From the NCBI RefSeq assembly GCF_009914755.1, contig NC_060932.1: a stretch of DNA of 64,000 nucleotides, one strand, 5' to 3'. Of the stretch, positions 1 to 15,420 are shown piece by piece (within the stretch, counting starts at the first letter, position 1; each line of letters opens with the position of its first letter). A program made the position numbers and the translations under genes. The DNA comes from the human T2T-CHM13v2.0 reference genome, Homo sapiens. Below the pieces are notes generated by a model that did not search any database, was not told where the DNA came from, and worked only from the letters and a program-made list of their open reading frames with translations.

Positions 1-295
1 CCAGCCCGGCTCTGTGCAGGCACTTTCCAGACCACGCGGACAGAGCCGCGCCGTCTGCACGTGAGCACGGCTGTCTGGACTGCCGGACACGAGCACTGAA
101 AGGAGGAGACAGTAGTGAACCCGAAGGTGGCAAATGGAATTATCCAAACTAAAGCCCAGTGGAAGATGAACACTGACCTACAGGACAACATGAAGCACCC
201 CAACATATATATAACTGGAACCCTTTACCCAAAATAAAGGGAGAAGACAGTAAAAGTAGTTGAAAAAATAATGGTCAAAATTTTTCCAAATGTGA

Positions 296-581
296 GGCCA
301 GGCACAGTGGCTCACACTTGTAATCTCAGCACTTTTGGAGGCTGAGGCAAGTGGACTGCTTGAGCCCAGGAGTGTGGGACCAGCCTGGGCAACATGGCGA
401 AACCCCATCTCTGCAAAACATACAAAAATTACCTGGGCATGGTGGCAGGTGCTTGGAGTCCCAGTTACTCGGGAGCTGAGGTGGGAGGATCAATTGACCC
501 TGGGAGGTGGAGGCTGCAGTGATCTGTGATCACACTACTGCATTCCAGCCTGGATGACAGAACAAGACCCCGTCAAAAAAA
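296..581 (+). mobile_element. Alu (AluJ-like)
   Basis: ggccaggcacagtggctcac start, dimeric body, short A tail; degenerate TSD aaaa(t/c)ttttccaaat(g/t)tga. Confidence 0.9.
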
Positions 582-607
582 CTTTTTCCAAATTTGATGA
601 AAACTGT

Positions 608-1892
608 TGCTGGCAGCGGCCAGTCAAGACGGCCTGCTGCTGCCATCACGCTGGCTGCAGCAGGGAGGCGTGGCCAGGGCTGCACACTCCATGGAGCTGG
701 CAGGAGCCGGGGACAAGCAGGAGCCCCGCCCCTTCTGAGTTGGGGCAGAAGCTCCCCCTCATGCTGCTGTAGCTGCCCAAGCTGCTGCTGCAGACCCAGG
801 GCCCTTGCTCCATGGAGCAGGAGGAAGCCCAGCCCTCCTGGGTGGTGCTGCAGCCACCCAAGTTGTGGCTGCAGATCTGAGCCTCCCTGTGTTCTTGGGT
901 GGCTGGGAGCAGGCAGGAGCCCTGTCCTCCCAGGTGCTGCTGCAACCGCCCAAACCATGGCTGCAGACCCAGCCTCCTGCTCCACGGAGCAGGCAGGAGC
1001 CCCACCCCAATGGGCACAGCTGCAGCCACCCAAACATCCCTGCACTCTTGGGGGCCCAGGAAGGCCCCTCACCCTTGCAGACTCAGAAGTGCTCAGTCCC
1101 ACTGCCTGGCTTCTCCCTGCTGTCAGCTCCCACTCCAGTCTTGGAGCAAAGTTGGGTCTGAGCCCAGGTGCCATGAACAGCAGCAGGAAGCAGACAGATT
1201 CCTGAGTGGAAGGGGGCAGGTCCCCGGTGAGGCCCCACCTCAGGCAAGAGATGGCCTGAAGGCTGGGGGCTGGGCTGCCAGTCCCATGGACTGGAGTGGG
1301 AAGTTGTGGTGCCTTTTCCAGACCCACCCATGGCCACCCATCAGCATGCAATTCCTCCCCTCTGAGGCCCATAAAAGCCCCGGGATCAGCCAGAGCTGAG
1401 CAGAAAACAGGACAACCAGCTGAAGAGAGGAGCTACCCTCTCTACTGAAAGCTTCAGAGACCTGCAGAGACACCAGGACTACTGGCTACAAAGAGGAGCA
1501 GCCCAATCCAGGGCTTCTTCTCTGCTAGGAGCTGGGCAGATGTTGGGATGGCCAGCTGCAGAGAGGAGCTACCCACTCCAGGGCCTCCTCTCTGCTGAGA
1601 GCTGAATGCTTATCAGGATGACCTGCCAGCAGAGAGGAGCCACCCACTCCAGGCCTCCTCTCTGCTGAAAACTGCAGAGACGACAGGACGACCTGCCTAC
1701 AGAGAGGAGTCACCCACTGCAGGTCTCCTCTGAGCTGTTCTAACACTCAGTAAGGCTTCTCTTCATCTTGCTCACCCTCCACTTGTCTGCATACCTCATT
1801 CTTCCTGGATGCAGGACAAGAACTTGGGCAAAGGCGCCACTAGCCACCGAGGTTTCTGGCCAGAGAAGCGACACCCCAAAGACCCCGTAACA
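608..1892 (+). mobile_element. MER52-family solo LTR (ERV1)
   Basis: TG...CA termini (tgctggcagcggcc ... gaccccgtaaca), MER52-type internal repeats agaggagctaccc, 4-bp TSD ctgt/ctat. Confidence 0.85.
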
Positions 1893-2283
1893 CTATGGAT
1901 GTGACAAACTTGATGAATGCCAAGCAGGAAAACACCAGACCAAAGTTCAGTCTTATCCAATTGCTACAAACCAGAAAGAGAAAACCTCATCAAAAGCAAT
2001 GCACAAAAGAAGAAAGGGAACAGCATATCTAACATGCTAAATCAAACAAAACGATCAATCTAGAATCCCATGCCCAGTTAAACTATTCTTAAAGAATAAA
2101 ACCAAAAACAAAGATTCTTTTCTTCCTGACAAACATAAGAGAATTAGTTGCCAACAGATACATACTAAAAGAAATATTAAATGAACTTATTCAGGCAAAA
2201 AGATAATACTGGATAAAAACTTGAATATGTAAAATGTAATAAAGAGCACTAGACATAGCAAATAAGGAAAAAAAAAAAAAAAA

Positions 2284-2424
2284 GGCCAGGTGTAGTGGCT
2301 CATGCCTGTAATCCCAATACTTTGAGAGACTGAGGTAGGAGAATCGCTTGAGCCCAGGAGTTCAAAACCACCCTGCTCAACATAGCGAGACCCCATCTCT
2401 ACAAAATTTAAAAAAATAAAAAAC
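2284..2424 (+). mobile_element. Alu left monomer (FLAM/AluJ fragment)
   Basis: ggccaggtgtagtggctcatgcc ... gagaccccatctctac followed by A-rich tail. Confidence 0.8.
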
Positions 2425-2593
2425 AAATGTTTTCTCATTTTAAAATGTATGTGATTAAGAGGGTCAATTCATCAAGATTATGTAACAATCCTAAATGCGT
2501 ATGCCTAGTTTAATAACACAGCTTCAAAACACATGGAAAAAAAAAGTATGGAACTTCAACAAGTAAGGGACAAATTCAAAAGTTAGTCTAAGG

Positions 2594-2948
<355 letters not shown>

Positions 2949-3184
2949 TTAACCAACATTTATAAAATGAGTTAATTAGACGAAATGGATAAATTCCTTG
3001 AACAACACAAACTACCAAAAATCACTCACGAAGAAATAGATAACTTGATAGCCAATGTATCTATTTAATAAATTGAATTTGTAGGTTAAGACCTTCCCAC
3101 AAAGAAAACCCCAGGCCAAGGTGACTGCACTGGTGAACATTTAAGAACAATAATTAAAATTAAACATTTAAGAAAAATAATTTT

Positions 3185-3531
<347 letters not shown>

Positions 3532-3950
3532 GGAAGATGCATTTCTCAACTCATTTATAAAGCCAATAGTACAAACTATATGCTGATCTCAAAACCAGAC
3601 AAAGGCATTACAAAGAAAACTACAGACCAATATCCCTATGACCACAGATACAAACATCCTTAAAATTTAAAAACTTTAGCAAATTGAATCCAGCAATAAA
3701 GGATAACACAATCATATCCAAGTGGAGTTTATCTCAGGATTGCAAGATTAGTTTAACATTTAAAAAATCAATCAGTGTAATTCACCATATTAACAGACTA
3801 AAATAGAAAAACATATAAGCTTCGCAAAACAGGCAAAAGAAGCAGTTCACAAAATCCACCATTTATTCTAAATAAAAACTCAAAGCAAATTGAAAATAGA
3901 CAGAAACTTCCTCAACTTGATAAAAGGTGCATGTCTAAAACCTATAGCTA

Positions 3951-4744
<794 letters not shown>

Positions 4745-5099
4745 TGTATCATAACAAACAGCGAAAGACTGACTGCTTTCCCCTCACTACTCTAACATGA
4801 CACATTACCGGAGGTCCTAGCCAGTGCAATAAGGCAGGAAAAAGAAAAGGTAGAAGGATTAGGAAAGAAGAAATAAAACTATATTCATAGACAAAATGAT
4901 TATATATGTAAAAAAATTAAAACATTAAATATTAATGTTTAATATTGGGGTAAATATTAAATTTAACCAATATTAGAAATAAGTTTGGCAAAATACATGC
5001 ACTGAGTAGTACAAAGTACTGATGAAAGACATTTAAGAGGACCTGAATCATGGGGAGGTGTACCAGGTTCATGGATGTGGCAGCCCAACAGGGTTAGGG

Positions 5100-5235
5100 T
5101 GTAATAGCCCCATTGTCTTTCTGTCCAATCCTATTCTGTTCACTCACTCCACAGGTGCTAATCCCAAAAGCATTCCTCAGTAAACTTCCTAAAGACAAAT
5201 CAACTCAGAGTCCACTTCCCAGGGAACTCGACACA
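5100..5235 (+). mobile_element. LTR16-like (ERVL) 3' fragment
   Basis: cattcctcagtaaacttcct...ctcagagtccacttcccagggaactcgac resembles the LTR16 3' end. Confidence 0.5.
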
Positions 5236-6771
5236 AACAGCAATTAATAATATACACTGTAAAGGACATAATTACTGTAATCAAAATGACAGGCAGCTAG
5301 ATAACCAGCAACATGCTGACCAGAGCCATTAGCCTACCACCAGCCTAACCACACATTCACACCCTGAAGGCTTGGAGGAAACACCTGGTAACTCCCAACA
5401 CGTGCTGGGAAGCTGCTCATTTGAAGAATGCTTCTTAACACAATTAGATATGATCAAACGATGTTGCCTTTTTCAATCGTTTTTGACCTACAAAAAACTA
5501 AAGTTTCACGTGTTCAACTTTCTGTTTCCATTGAGTCCTGTCTTAACCATGACAAAACGTCTCTGAGGCCAATGAGTGCCCACTTTTCAATCACACCAGC
5601 CCTCTGATCTAAGAGTGGAGAGACAAGTGTTATTTCTAAGTCAATGTTCCAAGTTCAAGCTTAATTGGAGGACATTTTCTAGACTATTTCATGGGACCTA
5701 AACAAAGCAATCAGAGAATCCCAAACAATTTTTTGCAAAATCTTCCGGCCTTGGCTTATTCGCTGGTTCTGATGCTCTGCCACCCCTTCACAGCTCACTG
5801 ACACATGCTCTCTGCAGAGCTAAGCTAACAATTGCTTCTCTCATCCCCATTCTCTGGCTGTCTTGAGGGGTCCACTTATTCAAGCCCCACTCTAACTGTG
5901 GGACGCCCCAAGATGCATTTCCCTCTACATGCTACCCTTTGAACTCCTCATTCTGTTCCCCCAGTCTCCGTTATAATCCCTCTGTAGCTAAGTCCCAATT
6001 CTCTACCCAACCACCTCTCTCCCAAATGCCAGGTTCACCTCAGTTTACAAATGCCAGATGGACATTCCTTGGGTGGTGTTCCCTCACCTGAATCACAATG
6101 CTCCTCCTCCCCAGATCACTCTTCCCAACCACCACATGCACTTGCATTGTGCATCTCTTTCTGTCCACAGCACATGCCACTCTGCCCCCGACCCCTGGGT
6201 CAAAGGTGTGGAATGCTCCCGTGTCTCCTCCTCCTGGACCCTAGGTCTCCACCACTGTCCATCCCATCCAGGGCACCTTGGCGTCAGCTCTGCAGCACCT
6301 ATTCCCACAAGCCTGAATGGTCTCTCACAAATTCAAGACTGAATTCCCTCTTGCTGGCCTCTGGTTAAATAATATAAGATTATTCATGCTTTCAGCCTTT
6401 CCTCCCCTAACCCCATCTCACCCCTACTACCATATTAAAGAATCTCCAAAAAAGCCAGCCAAGGTCACATCACTTTCATCGTGATAAGCATTCACTGGTG
6501 CCTCTAAAATAAAGGGACAATCCTTGCATGAGCACATTCCTTGGAACTGCACTGTGCAACACACTAGTCACTTGTCACTATGCTTAAAGTAAAGTTGAGT
6601 AATATTTAATACTCAGTCTTGCAAGCCATGATTCCGTGCTCAGCAGCCACACATAGGACAGCAGGCTCTAGAAAACACTTCTCTCAGGATCTTGGCCCAG
6701 ACTGACTTCCTACTTCTGCTCTGTTCCAATAAAAACCATCTCTAAATAAATAAATGAATAATTTTTTAAAA

Positions 6772-7160
6772 GGCTGGGTGGGTGGCTCACCCCTATAATC
6801 CCAGCACTTTGGGAGGCCGAGGCAGGCAGATCACTTGAGGTCAGGAGTTTGAGACCAGTCTGGCCAACATGGTGAAATCCTGTCTCTACTAAAAATACAA
6901 AAAAAACTTAGCTGAGAGTGGTGGTGTCCATCTGTAGTCCCAGCTACTCGGGACGCTGAGGCAGGAGAATTGCTTGAACCTGGGAGGTGGAGGTTTGCAG
7001 TGAGCTGAGATTGTGCCATCGCACTCCAGCCTGGGTGACAGAATGAGACTCCATCTCAAAAAAAAAATAGGCATGGTGGCACACGACTCTGTAGTCCCAG
7101 CTGCTCAGGAGACTGAGGCAGGAGGATCACCTGTGCCCAGGAGATGGAGGCTGCAGTCCA
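6772..7160 (+). mobile_element. AluS followed by a partial Alu right arm
   Basis: Full dimer 6772-7067, then ggcatggtggcacac...ggaggctgcagt. Confidence 0.88.
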
Positions 7161-7283
7161 GTCTGGCTGCAGACGGCCCTCTCAGCACCGCCGTGAAAAC
7201 ACATGCAGTCCTACACAGGGTCCCAGCAGCTTCACCCACTCCGGGACCACCATGGCCCCTTCACACACAGGCAGTGTGGAGCA

Positions 7284-7338
7284 GAGGAGGCCATTCCACT
7301 CTACACACAGGAGGAGGCCATTCCACTCTACACACACA
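7284..7338. repeat. 27-bp tandem duplication
   Basis: gaggaggccattccactctacacacag x2. Confidence 0.85.
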
Positions 7339-7664
7339 AGGCTCCCAAAGCTCTGTGAGCAACATCTCAGCCTCTCCCCGGCTCCTCTTTGCGCATTCGC
7401 GCGTGACACTCCTGCAGAGGTGGGCTCCACACACCAGCCACCTGGCCTCGGTCTCTTTCCTTCTAACAGGAACAGCACCCTCACTCCTGTGATAGTCTCA
7501 ACTCTCTTGGGCCCATGCTTACCTGGCAAACACCTGTGGTTAACCCAGCACTCCCCATCCACACCTGCCGCTAAACACATTCAGAGGAAAACAGCCTCTA
7601 ACCAGCCTTCCCCTTTCTCCCCTCCCAATCCTCACACCAGCCCAAGGCCTGAGGCCATCTGGCC

Positions 7665-7835
7665 ACCAGGCTGGTCTCGAACTCCTGCCCTCAACTGATC
7701 TGCCCGCCTCAGCCTCCCACAATACTGAGACTATAGGTGGGAGCCACCATACAAATGAATGAATGAACGAGACGGGGTTTGCTGTGTTGCCCAGGCTGGA
7801 GTGCAGTGGTGTGATCACAGCTCACTGCAGCCTTG
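7665..7835 (-). mobile_element. Two truncated Alu fragments
   Basis: caggctggtctcgaactcctg...gagccacca and gagacggggtttgctgtgttgcccaggctggagtgcagtgg...cactgcagccttg. Confidence 0.75.
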
Positions 7836-9232
7836 GGCCACTACCCGCCTCTCCATTATCCACCTTGGACCCCTCCTGTGTCTCTATTATCCACCTTGAA
7901 CTGTTCCCTCCTCCCCATTATCCACCTCGAACTGCTCCCTCTCCCCACTATTCACCTTGGACAACCCCCCACCCCGCCCCCCTTTCCGCATCTCCATTAT
8001 CCACCTTGGACAGCTTCCTCTTCCCCGTTATCCACTTTGGACTGCTCACCCTCCCCATTATCCACCTTGGGCCTCTTCCCTCATCCCCATTATCCACCTT
8101 GGACCGTTCCCCACATCCCATTATCTGCCTTGGACCACTCCCCACTCCCCATTATCTGCCTTGGCTTGCTCCCCTTCCCCATTATCCAACTTGGACCGCT
8201 CACCTTCCCCATTTTCCACCCTGGGTCACTTTCTCTCCCCATTATCCACCTTGGATCACTCCACCCTCCCCATTATCCGCCTTGGACCGCTCCCCCGTCA
8301 GCATTATCCACCTTGAACCCCTCCTTCCTCCCCATTATCCACCTTGGACCATTCCCCGACTCCCCGTTTATCCACCTTGGACCACTCCCCCTCCCTACTA
8401 TCCGCCTTAGAGCGATTCCCCTCTCCCCGTTATCCACCTTGGACCACGTTCCACTCCCCATTATTATCCAGCTTGGACAGCTCTCCCCTCCCCATCATCC
8501 ACCTTGGGCCGCTACCCGCCTCCCCATTATCCACCTTGGGTCACTCCTCCCCTCCCCATTATCCACCTTGGACTGCTCCCCGTCAGCATTATCCACCTTG
8601 AACCCCTCCTTCCTCCACATTATCCACCTTGGACCGCTCCCCCTCCCACTTATCCACCTTGGACCACTCTCCCTCCCGATTATCCACCTTGGGCCGCTCC
8701 CCACTCCCCATTATCCACCTTGGATCACTCCTCCTCCCCATTATCCGCTTTGGACTGCTCCCCACTCCCTATTATCCACCTTGGGCCATTACCCGCCTCC
8801 CCATTATCCACCTTGGCCAGCTCCCTCCTCCCCATTATCCACCTTGGACTGTTTCCCCCTCCCCCTTATCCACCTTGGGCCACTCCCCCCATCCCCATTA
8901 GCCACCTTAAACCGCTCACCACTCCCCATTATCCACCTTGAACCACTCCCCACTCCCCATTATCCACCTCGGGCCTATCCCCCACCCCCATTATCCACCT
9001 TGGACTGCTCCCCACACCCCATTACTCACCTTGGGTCACTCCCTTCTCCCCATTATTCACCTTGGACCAGTCCTCCCCATTTTCCACTTTGGGCCGCTCC
9101 TCACCTCCCCATTATCCATCTTGGGTCACTCCCCACCCCCCATTATCCATCTTGGACTGCTCCCTCCTCCCCATTATCCCCCTTGGCCCACTCCCCCCTC
9201 CCTATTATCCACCTTGGACCACTCTCTCCTCC
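7833..9232. repeat. C-rich minisatellite, 30-33-bp unit, about 44 copies
   Basis: Consensus CCCCATTATCCACCTTGGACCGCTCCCCACT; ttatcc recurs at 8711, 8741, 8772, 8804, 8835. Confidence 0.95.
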
Positions 9233-9261
9233 CTGGTTAACCTTCCTCACTTGGCCTCTTG

Positions 9262-9648
9262 GTCACTAAAGCCCCTGTTTGTGCTGCTATAAAGGAATAC
9301 CTGAATCTAGGTAATTTATTTTTTAAAAAAAAGGTTTATTTGGCTCACAGTTCTGCAGGCTGTACAGGAAGCACAGCACCAGCGTCTGCTTCTGGTGAGG
9401 CCTCAGGAACCTTCCATTCCTGGCAGACAGGAATGAGAGCTGGCATGTGGAGATCACACAATGAGAGATGGAGCAAGAGAGAGACAGCTCTCAAGGGAAC
9501 TGAGTGAGAAGTCCCTCCTGAGAGAACGGACCAAGCCACTCATGAGGGAGCCACCCCATGTCTCCAACGCCTCTCACCAGGCCCCACCTCCAACACTGGG
9601 GATTAAACTTCAACACAAGACCTGGCGGGACTGAACAAACCACAGCCA
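9262..9648 (-). mobile_element. MST-family (MSTB-like) MaLR solo LTR
   Basis: gctataaaggaatacctga...ggtttatttggctcacagttctgcaggctgtacaggaagca...ggccccacctccaacactggggatta. Confidence 0.85.
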
Positions 9649-9932
9649 ACCACAGCAGCCTCCTTCCTGCTCCTAGGCCTCACGTGGCAGGAGGCTCCAC
9701 GCTCAGCCCCAGGTACCCTCTCCAGCTACACCCATTCCCCGGGAGGCCTCCCCTAGGCTCAGGCAGGCCCTTCATCTCTATGCTCAGGACTCCCCAACCG
9801 ACACTCCACGAACAACTTCTGACCACCATCTCCAATACTTCAGGCTCATAAATGCAGCATGTCCAAACTGAACTCCTGGGCTTCTACCAGGAAACTTTAT
9901 TGGTTAACTTCAAGATAGGTGCAGAAAACTCA

Positions 9933-10277
<345 letters not shown>

Positions 10278-10606
10278 CTATTTCCAGATTCCAACAGCCT
10301 ATCCCCTCCACCTCTGCCACCTGAGTAGAGCCTGGGTTGCTGCGGTCAGCTCCTAACTGGTCTCCTCTTCCCTCCCTCCACATGGCAGCCAGCAGGATCC
10401 TTTTAAAACAGACAAGGCAGCAGTTTTCCCCAGCTTTGGGTGATGGCCACTACCCAACTTCAGCTTCCATTCTGTGAAGGGCAAGGCCACGTAAACAGTG
10501 GCCCCAGGACTCTGCCACTTCCTGCCTCAGCACCTGGCTGCTAGCCCCAGAGACAGGCCATCCAATGTGTGGTAATGGGAGATGGAGCTGCAGGACTCAG
10601 CCATGG

Positions 10607-12849
10607 TTATGTGGTTTGGCTGTGTCCCCACCCAAATCTCAACTTGTACTCCCAGAATTCCCACATGTTGTGGGAGGGACCCAGGAGGAGGTAATTGAAT
10701 CACGGGGGCTGGTCTTTCCTGTGTTATTCTCGCGATAGTGAATAAGTCTCACGAGATCTGATGGGTTTATCAGAGGCTTCCACTTTTGCTTCTTCCTTAT
10801 TTTTTCTTGCCACCACCATGTAAGAAGTGCCTTTCACCACCCACCATGATTCTGAGGGTTCCCCAACCATGTGGAACTGTAAGTCCAATTAAACTTCTTT
10901 TTGTTCCCAGTCTGGCAGCATGAAAATGGACTAATACAGTAAATTGGTACTTGAGTGGGGTGTTGCTGAAAAGATACCTGAAAATGTGGAAACGACTTTG
11001 GAAATGGGTAACAGGCAGAGGTTGGAACAGTTTGGAGGGTTCAAAAGAAGACAGGAAAATGTGGGAAAGTCTGGAACCTCCTAGAGACTTGTTGAACGGT
11101 TGACAAAAATGCCGATAGTGATACGAATAAGGTCCAGGCTGAGGTGGTCTCAGATGGAGATAACAAACTTGTTGAGAACTGGAGCAAAGATGACTCTCTT
11201 GTTATGTTTTAGCAAAGAGACTGGCAGCATTTTGCCCCTGCCCTAGAGATCTGTGGAACTTTGAACTTGAGAGAGACGACTTAGGGTATCTGGCAGAAGA
11301 AATCTCTAAGCAGCAAAGTGTTCAAAAGGTGACTTGGGTGCTGTTAAAAGCATTCCACTTTAAAAGGGAAACAGAGCATAGAAGTTCAGAAAATTTGCAG
11401 CCTGATGATGCAGTAGAAAAGAAAAACCCATTTTCTGAGGAGAAATTCAAGCCAGCAGCACAAATTTGCATAAGTAGCAAGGAGCTGAATGTCAATCCCC
11501 AAGACCACGGGGAAAATGTCGCCAGGCCATGTCAGAGACCTTCATGGCAGCCCCTGCCACCATAGGTGCAGAGGCCCAGGAGGAAAAAGTAGTTTTGTGG
11601 GCCAGGCCCAGGGTCCCTGTGCTATGTGCAGCCTAGGGACTTGGTGCCCTCTGTCCCAGCCTCTCCAATCGTGGCTGAAAGAGACCAACATAAAGCTCAG
11701 GCTGCGGCTTCAGAGGGTGGAAGCTCCAGGCCTTGGCAGCTCCCATGTGGTGTTGAGCCTACAGGTGCACAGAAGTCAAGAATTGAGGTTTGGGAACCTC
11801 CACCTAGATTTCAGAAGATGTATGGAAACGCCTGGATGCCCAGGCAGAAGTTTGCTGCAGGGATGGAGCCCTCATGGAAAACCTCTGCTAGGGCAGTGCA
11901 GAAGGGAAATGTGGGGTTGGAGTCCCTACTGGGGCATGGCCTAGTGGATCTGTGAGAAGAGGGCCACCATCCTCCTGACCCCAGAATGGTAGATCCACCA
12001 ACAGCTTGCACCGTGTGCCTGGAAAAGCTGCAGACACTAAACGTCAGCCTGTGAAAGCAGCCAGGAGGGAGGCTATACCCTGCAAAGCCACAGAGGTGGA
12101 GCTGTCCAACCATGGGAACCCACCTTTTGAATCAGCATGACCTGGATGTGAAACCTGGGGTCAAAGGAGATCACTTTGAGCTTTAAAATTTGACTGCCCT
12201 GCTGGATTTTGAACTTGCAAGGGGCCTGTAACCCCTTTCTTTTGGCCAATTTCTCCCATTTGGAACTGCTGTATTTACCTAAAACCTGTACCCCCATTGT
12301 ATCTTGGAATTAACTCGCTTGCTTTTGATTTTACAGGCTCACAGGCAGAAAAGACTTCCCTTGTCTCAAATGAGACTTTGGACTGTGGACTTCTGGGTTA
12401 ATGCTGAAATGAGCTAAGACTTTGGGGGGCTGTTGGGAAGGCATGATTGGTTTTGAAATGTGAGGACATGAGTTTTGGAGGGGCCAGGGGTGGAATGATA
12501 TGGTTTGGCTGTGTCCCCACCTAAATCTCAATGTGAATTGTATCTCCCAGAATTCCCATGTGTTGTAGGAGGGACCCAGGGGGAGGTACTCGAATCATGG
12601 GATCTGGTCTTTCCTGTGCTATTCTCGTGATAGTGAATAAGTCTCACGAGATCTAATGGGTTTATGGGGGGCTTCTGCCTTTGCTTCTTTCTCATTTTCT
12701 CTTGCTGCCGCCATGTAAGATGTGACCTTCACCTCCCGCTATGATTCTGAGGGCTCCCCAGCCATGTGGAACGGTAAGTCCAATTAAACTTCTTTTTCTC
12801 CCCAGTCTTGGGTATGTCTTTATCAGCAGCTTGAAAATGGACTAATACA
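10607..12849 (+). mobile_element. Full-length THE1A MaLR provirus (5' LTR 10607-10938, internal region, 3' LTR 12496-12849)
   Basis: Two THE1 LTRs ending ggactaataca; internal start gtaaattggtac; PPT ggaggggccaggggtggaa; perfect 5-bp TSD CATGG (10602-10606 and 12850-12854); MaLR ORF remnants (VTWVLLKAFHFKRETEH...). Confidence 0.95.
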
Positions 12850-13539
12850 CATGGCTAAAGGCGATCAGTGCTGGACAACACCCGGAGTGCTCCAGTTCTC
12901 ACAGCAAAGCCCCAATACAGTGTTCAAAGCGACCCAAACAGGCCTCTGCCCACCTCCCGTGAAAAAGAGGAAGATAAAATGCCTGCTGTGGGAAATGTCC
13001 AAGCCCCTCCTCCTTGGTCCTGTCCCTTTGAACCTTTGTAAACTTTGCTCAAAAAATGGTAGAACCTTTGCACGCAAGGCCAAGTTTCTGCTACAGATTA
13101 ATTTTTCCATAAAACCATTTCGAACCAATCAATTTTAATGTTTTGTTTATTCTAAATATAAGAGTTCAGACTCACATTCTATTAAAATTTATCCCCAAAG
13201 TGAAAAAGAAAGAGACAAGGCAGATGCAGCACCCTGATGCTCCAAGCCCACCCGCACCCCCATTGCCTGTCCCCAGGCAGCCTGGATGCCCTCCTGCTCC
13301 CACCTCACAGGCTGCCCTCCAGCACTGCAGGCTCACTCTGACCCTCCCTCCAGCCTCTGCACTGGGCATTCCCTCTGCCTGCACTCCTTCCCCCACAAGT
13401 GGTTTACTTCCTTCACCTGCCCAAATGAAGTGTCTTTGTGACTGAGGCCCACCTGACCCCACCCCCTTCCCAATCTCCAGGCCCTCCCTCATCCTGTCTC
13501 TGCAGCACTGACACCTACCAACTACTGCAGATGTCACAT

Positions 13540-13920
13540 GTCACGTGTCTGCTTTTCCCTGCCCTGGGAGAACATAAGCTCCAAGAGAGCAGGGGCTTGG
13601 CCTGTCCTCCTCCCTGGGATGTCCCGGCACCTGGGACATCTTCTGTGTACACTAAGTCTCAATAAACAAACTGTTTACACCCTAAGGTCACGGAGATGAC
13701 AGGACAGGAGAAGAAGTGTGACTGTGGTAAGAGGGAAAGTTCAGGAGTCATGGCACCTGGACTTGAATCCTGGCTCCGCCTACTAGTTGTGTGACCCTGG
13801 TGGGTCACAGCCCTCTCCAACCTTGGTTTCCTCATCTATGAAACAGGACCAAGAGCACCCACTGCATGCATTGTTCTGAGGTATAAATTATATAAAAACA
13901 CAGAATGTGTTCAGAGCATA
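13540..13920 (+). mobile_element. L2 3' end followed by MIR
   Basis: cataagctccaagagagcaggggc...ctcaataaa (L2); ttgaatcctggctccgcctactagttgtgtgacc...ttggtttcctcatctatgaaa (MIR core). Confidence 0.7.
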
Positions 13921-14231
13921 AGCATCAGATTACAGTAACAATGCCAACAGCAATGAAAATGGGCAACATTTATCTTCAAAACATTTTTCCTAGACTTTAT
14001 GGAGAGTGACGGCTTCTTCTGACAAAGCAATGTTCAAACCATTGGGCGAGCTGAAAATGCCAGTATGTGCTTCATGGAATTGTGTTCACAGCCTTTTTTT
14101 TTTTTAACCTCCATTCAGGACTCAAAAAAGCTAGTGAATTCTTGGTCCCCTAAAAACTGGCACACTAGAGGATGGAATAGAAGTTATATATATATTTGTT
14201 TCCTCCCCATTTTTTCAGAAAGGAAATTTTA

Positions 14232-14702
<471 letters not shown>

Positions 14703-15297
14703 CTACAAAACATTGTTGAAAGAAATTAAAGAAGTCCTAAATAAATGGTAAGACATTCCATGTTCATGAAATGAAAGACAACATTAGTAAGATGGCAGAA
14801 CACTCCACACTGATCAACAGAATTTAATAGATCCTTATCAAAGTCAAGCTTGCTGAAAAAAAACAATGAGCTTGCTTTTTTGAGGAAACTGACAGGCTGA
14901 AGTTCATATGGAAATTCAAGGGATCCACCAGGATAGCCAAAACAATCTTGAAAAAGAACAAAATGGGATACACCTTCTGACTTGAAACTTCTCACAAAGC
15001 TACCATAATTAAGACAGCGTGGCACGGGCATGAGGACAGATACACAGGACAACAGCACAGAGTTGAGTTCAGAAATAAACCCTCAAATTTATGATCAAGT
15101 AATTTTTGACAAAGGTGCCAAGACATTTCAATGACAGAAAGAAAGAACAATCTCTCCAACACATGGTGCCAAGCAACTGTGTTAAAAAAGCAAAGCAGGA
15201 CCTTACCTCACACATGAACAAAATTAACTCAAAATGGATCAAACACCTAAATGTATATCAAAATGATATAAAGCAATGTATAAAAAATAGAAATGTA

Positions 15298-15420
15298 AGC
15301 CAGGCACAGTGGCTCATGCTGATAATCCCAACACTTTGGGAGGGTGAGGTGGGATGGTTGCTTGAGGCCAGGAGTTCAAGATCAGCCTGGGCAACATAGT
15401 AAGACTCTAAGAAAAAAAAA
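15298..15420 (+). mobile_element. Alu left monomer (FLAM-like)
   Basis: Single arm, TSD a(a/t)atagaaatgta. Confidence 0.8.

Noticed and set aside
530-1473. 280-aa and overlapping ORFs (likewise 20610-22308)
   Set aside because: They lie inside GC-rich MER52 LTRs
7833-9232. TTATCCACC resembles the bacterial DnaA box TTATCCACA repeated about 40 times
   Set aside because: 8/9 match in a C-rich minisatellite joined to Alu and MST elements; no AT-rich unwinding region or bacterial genes
7833-9269. 478-aa and other Pro/His-rich ORFs
   Set aside because: Translations of the tandem repeat, open in several frames; the 478-aa ORF starts at TTG
11329-12297. THE1 internal ORF as a functional gene
   Set aside because: Broken into short frames by stops and frameshifts; MaLR internal regions lack pol
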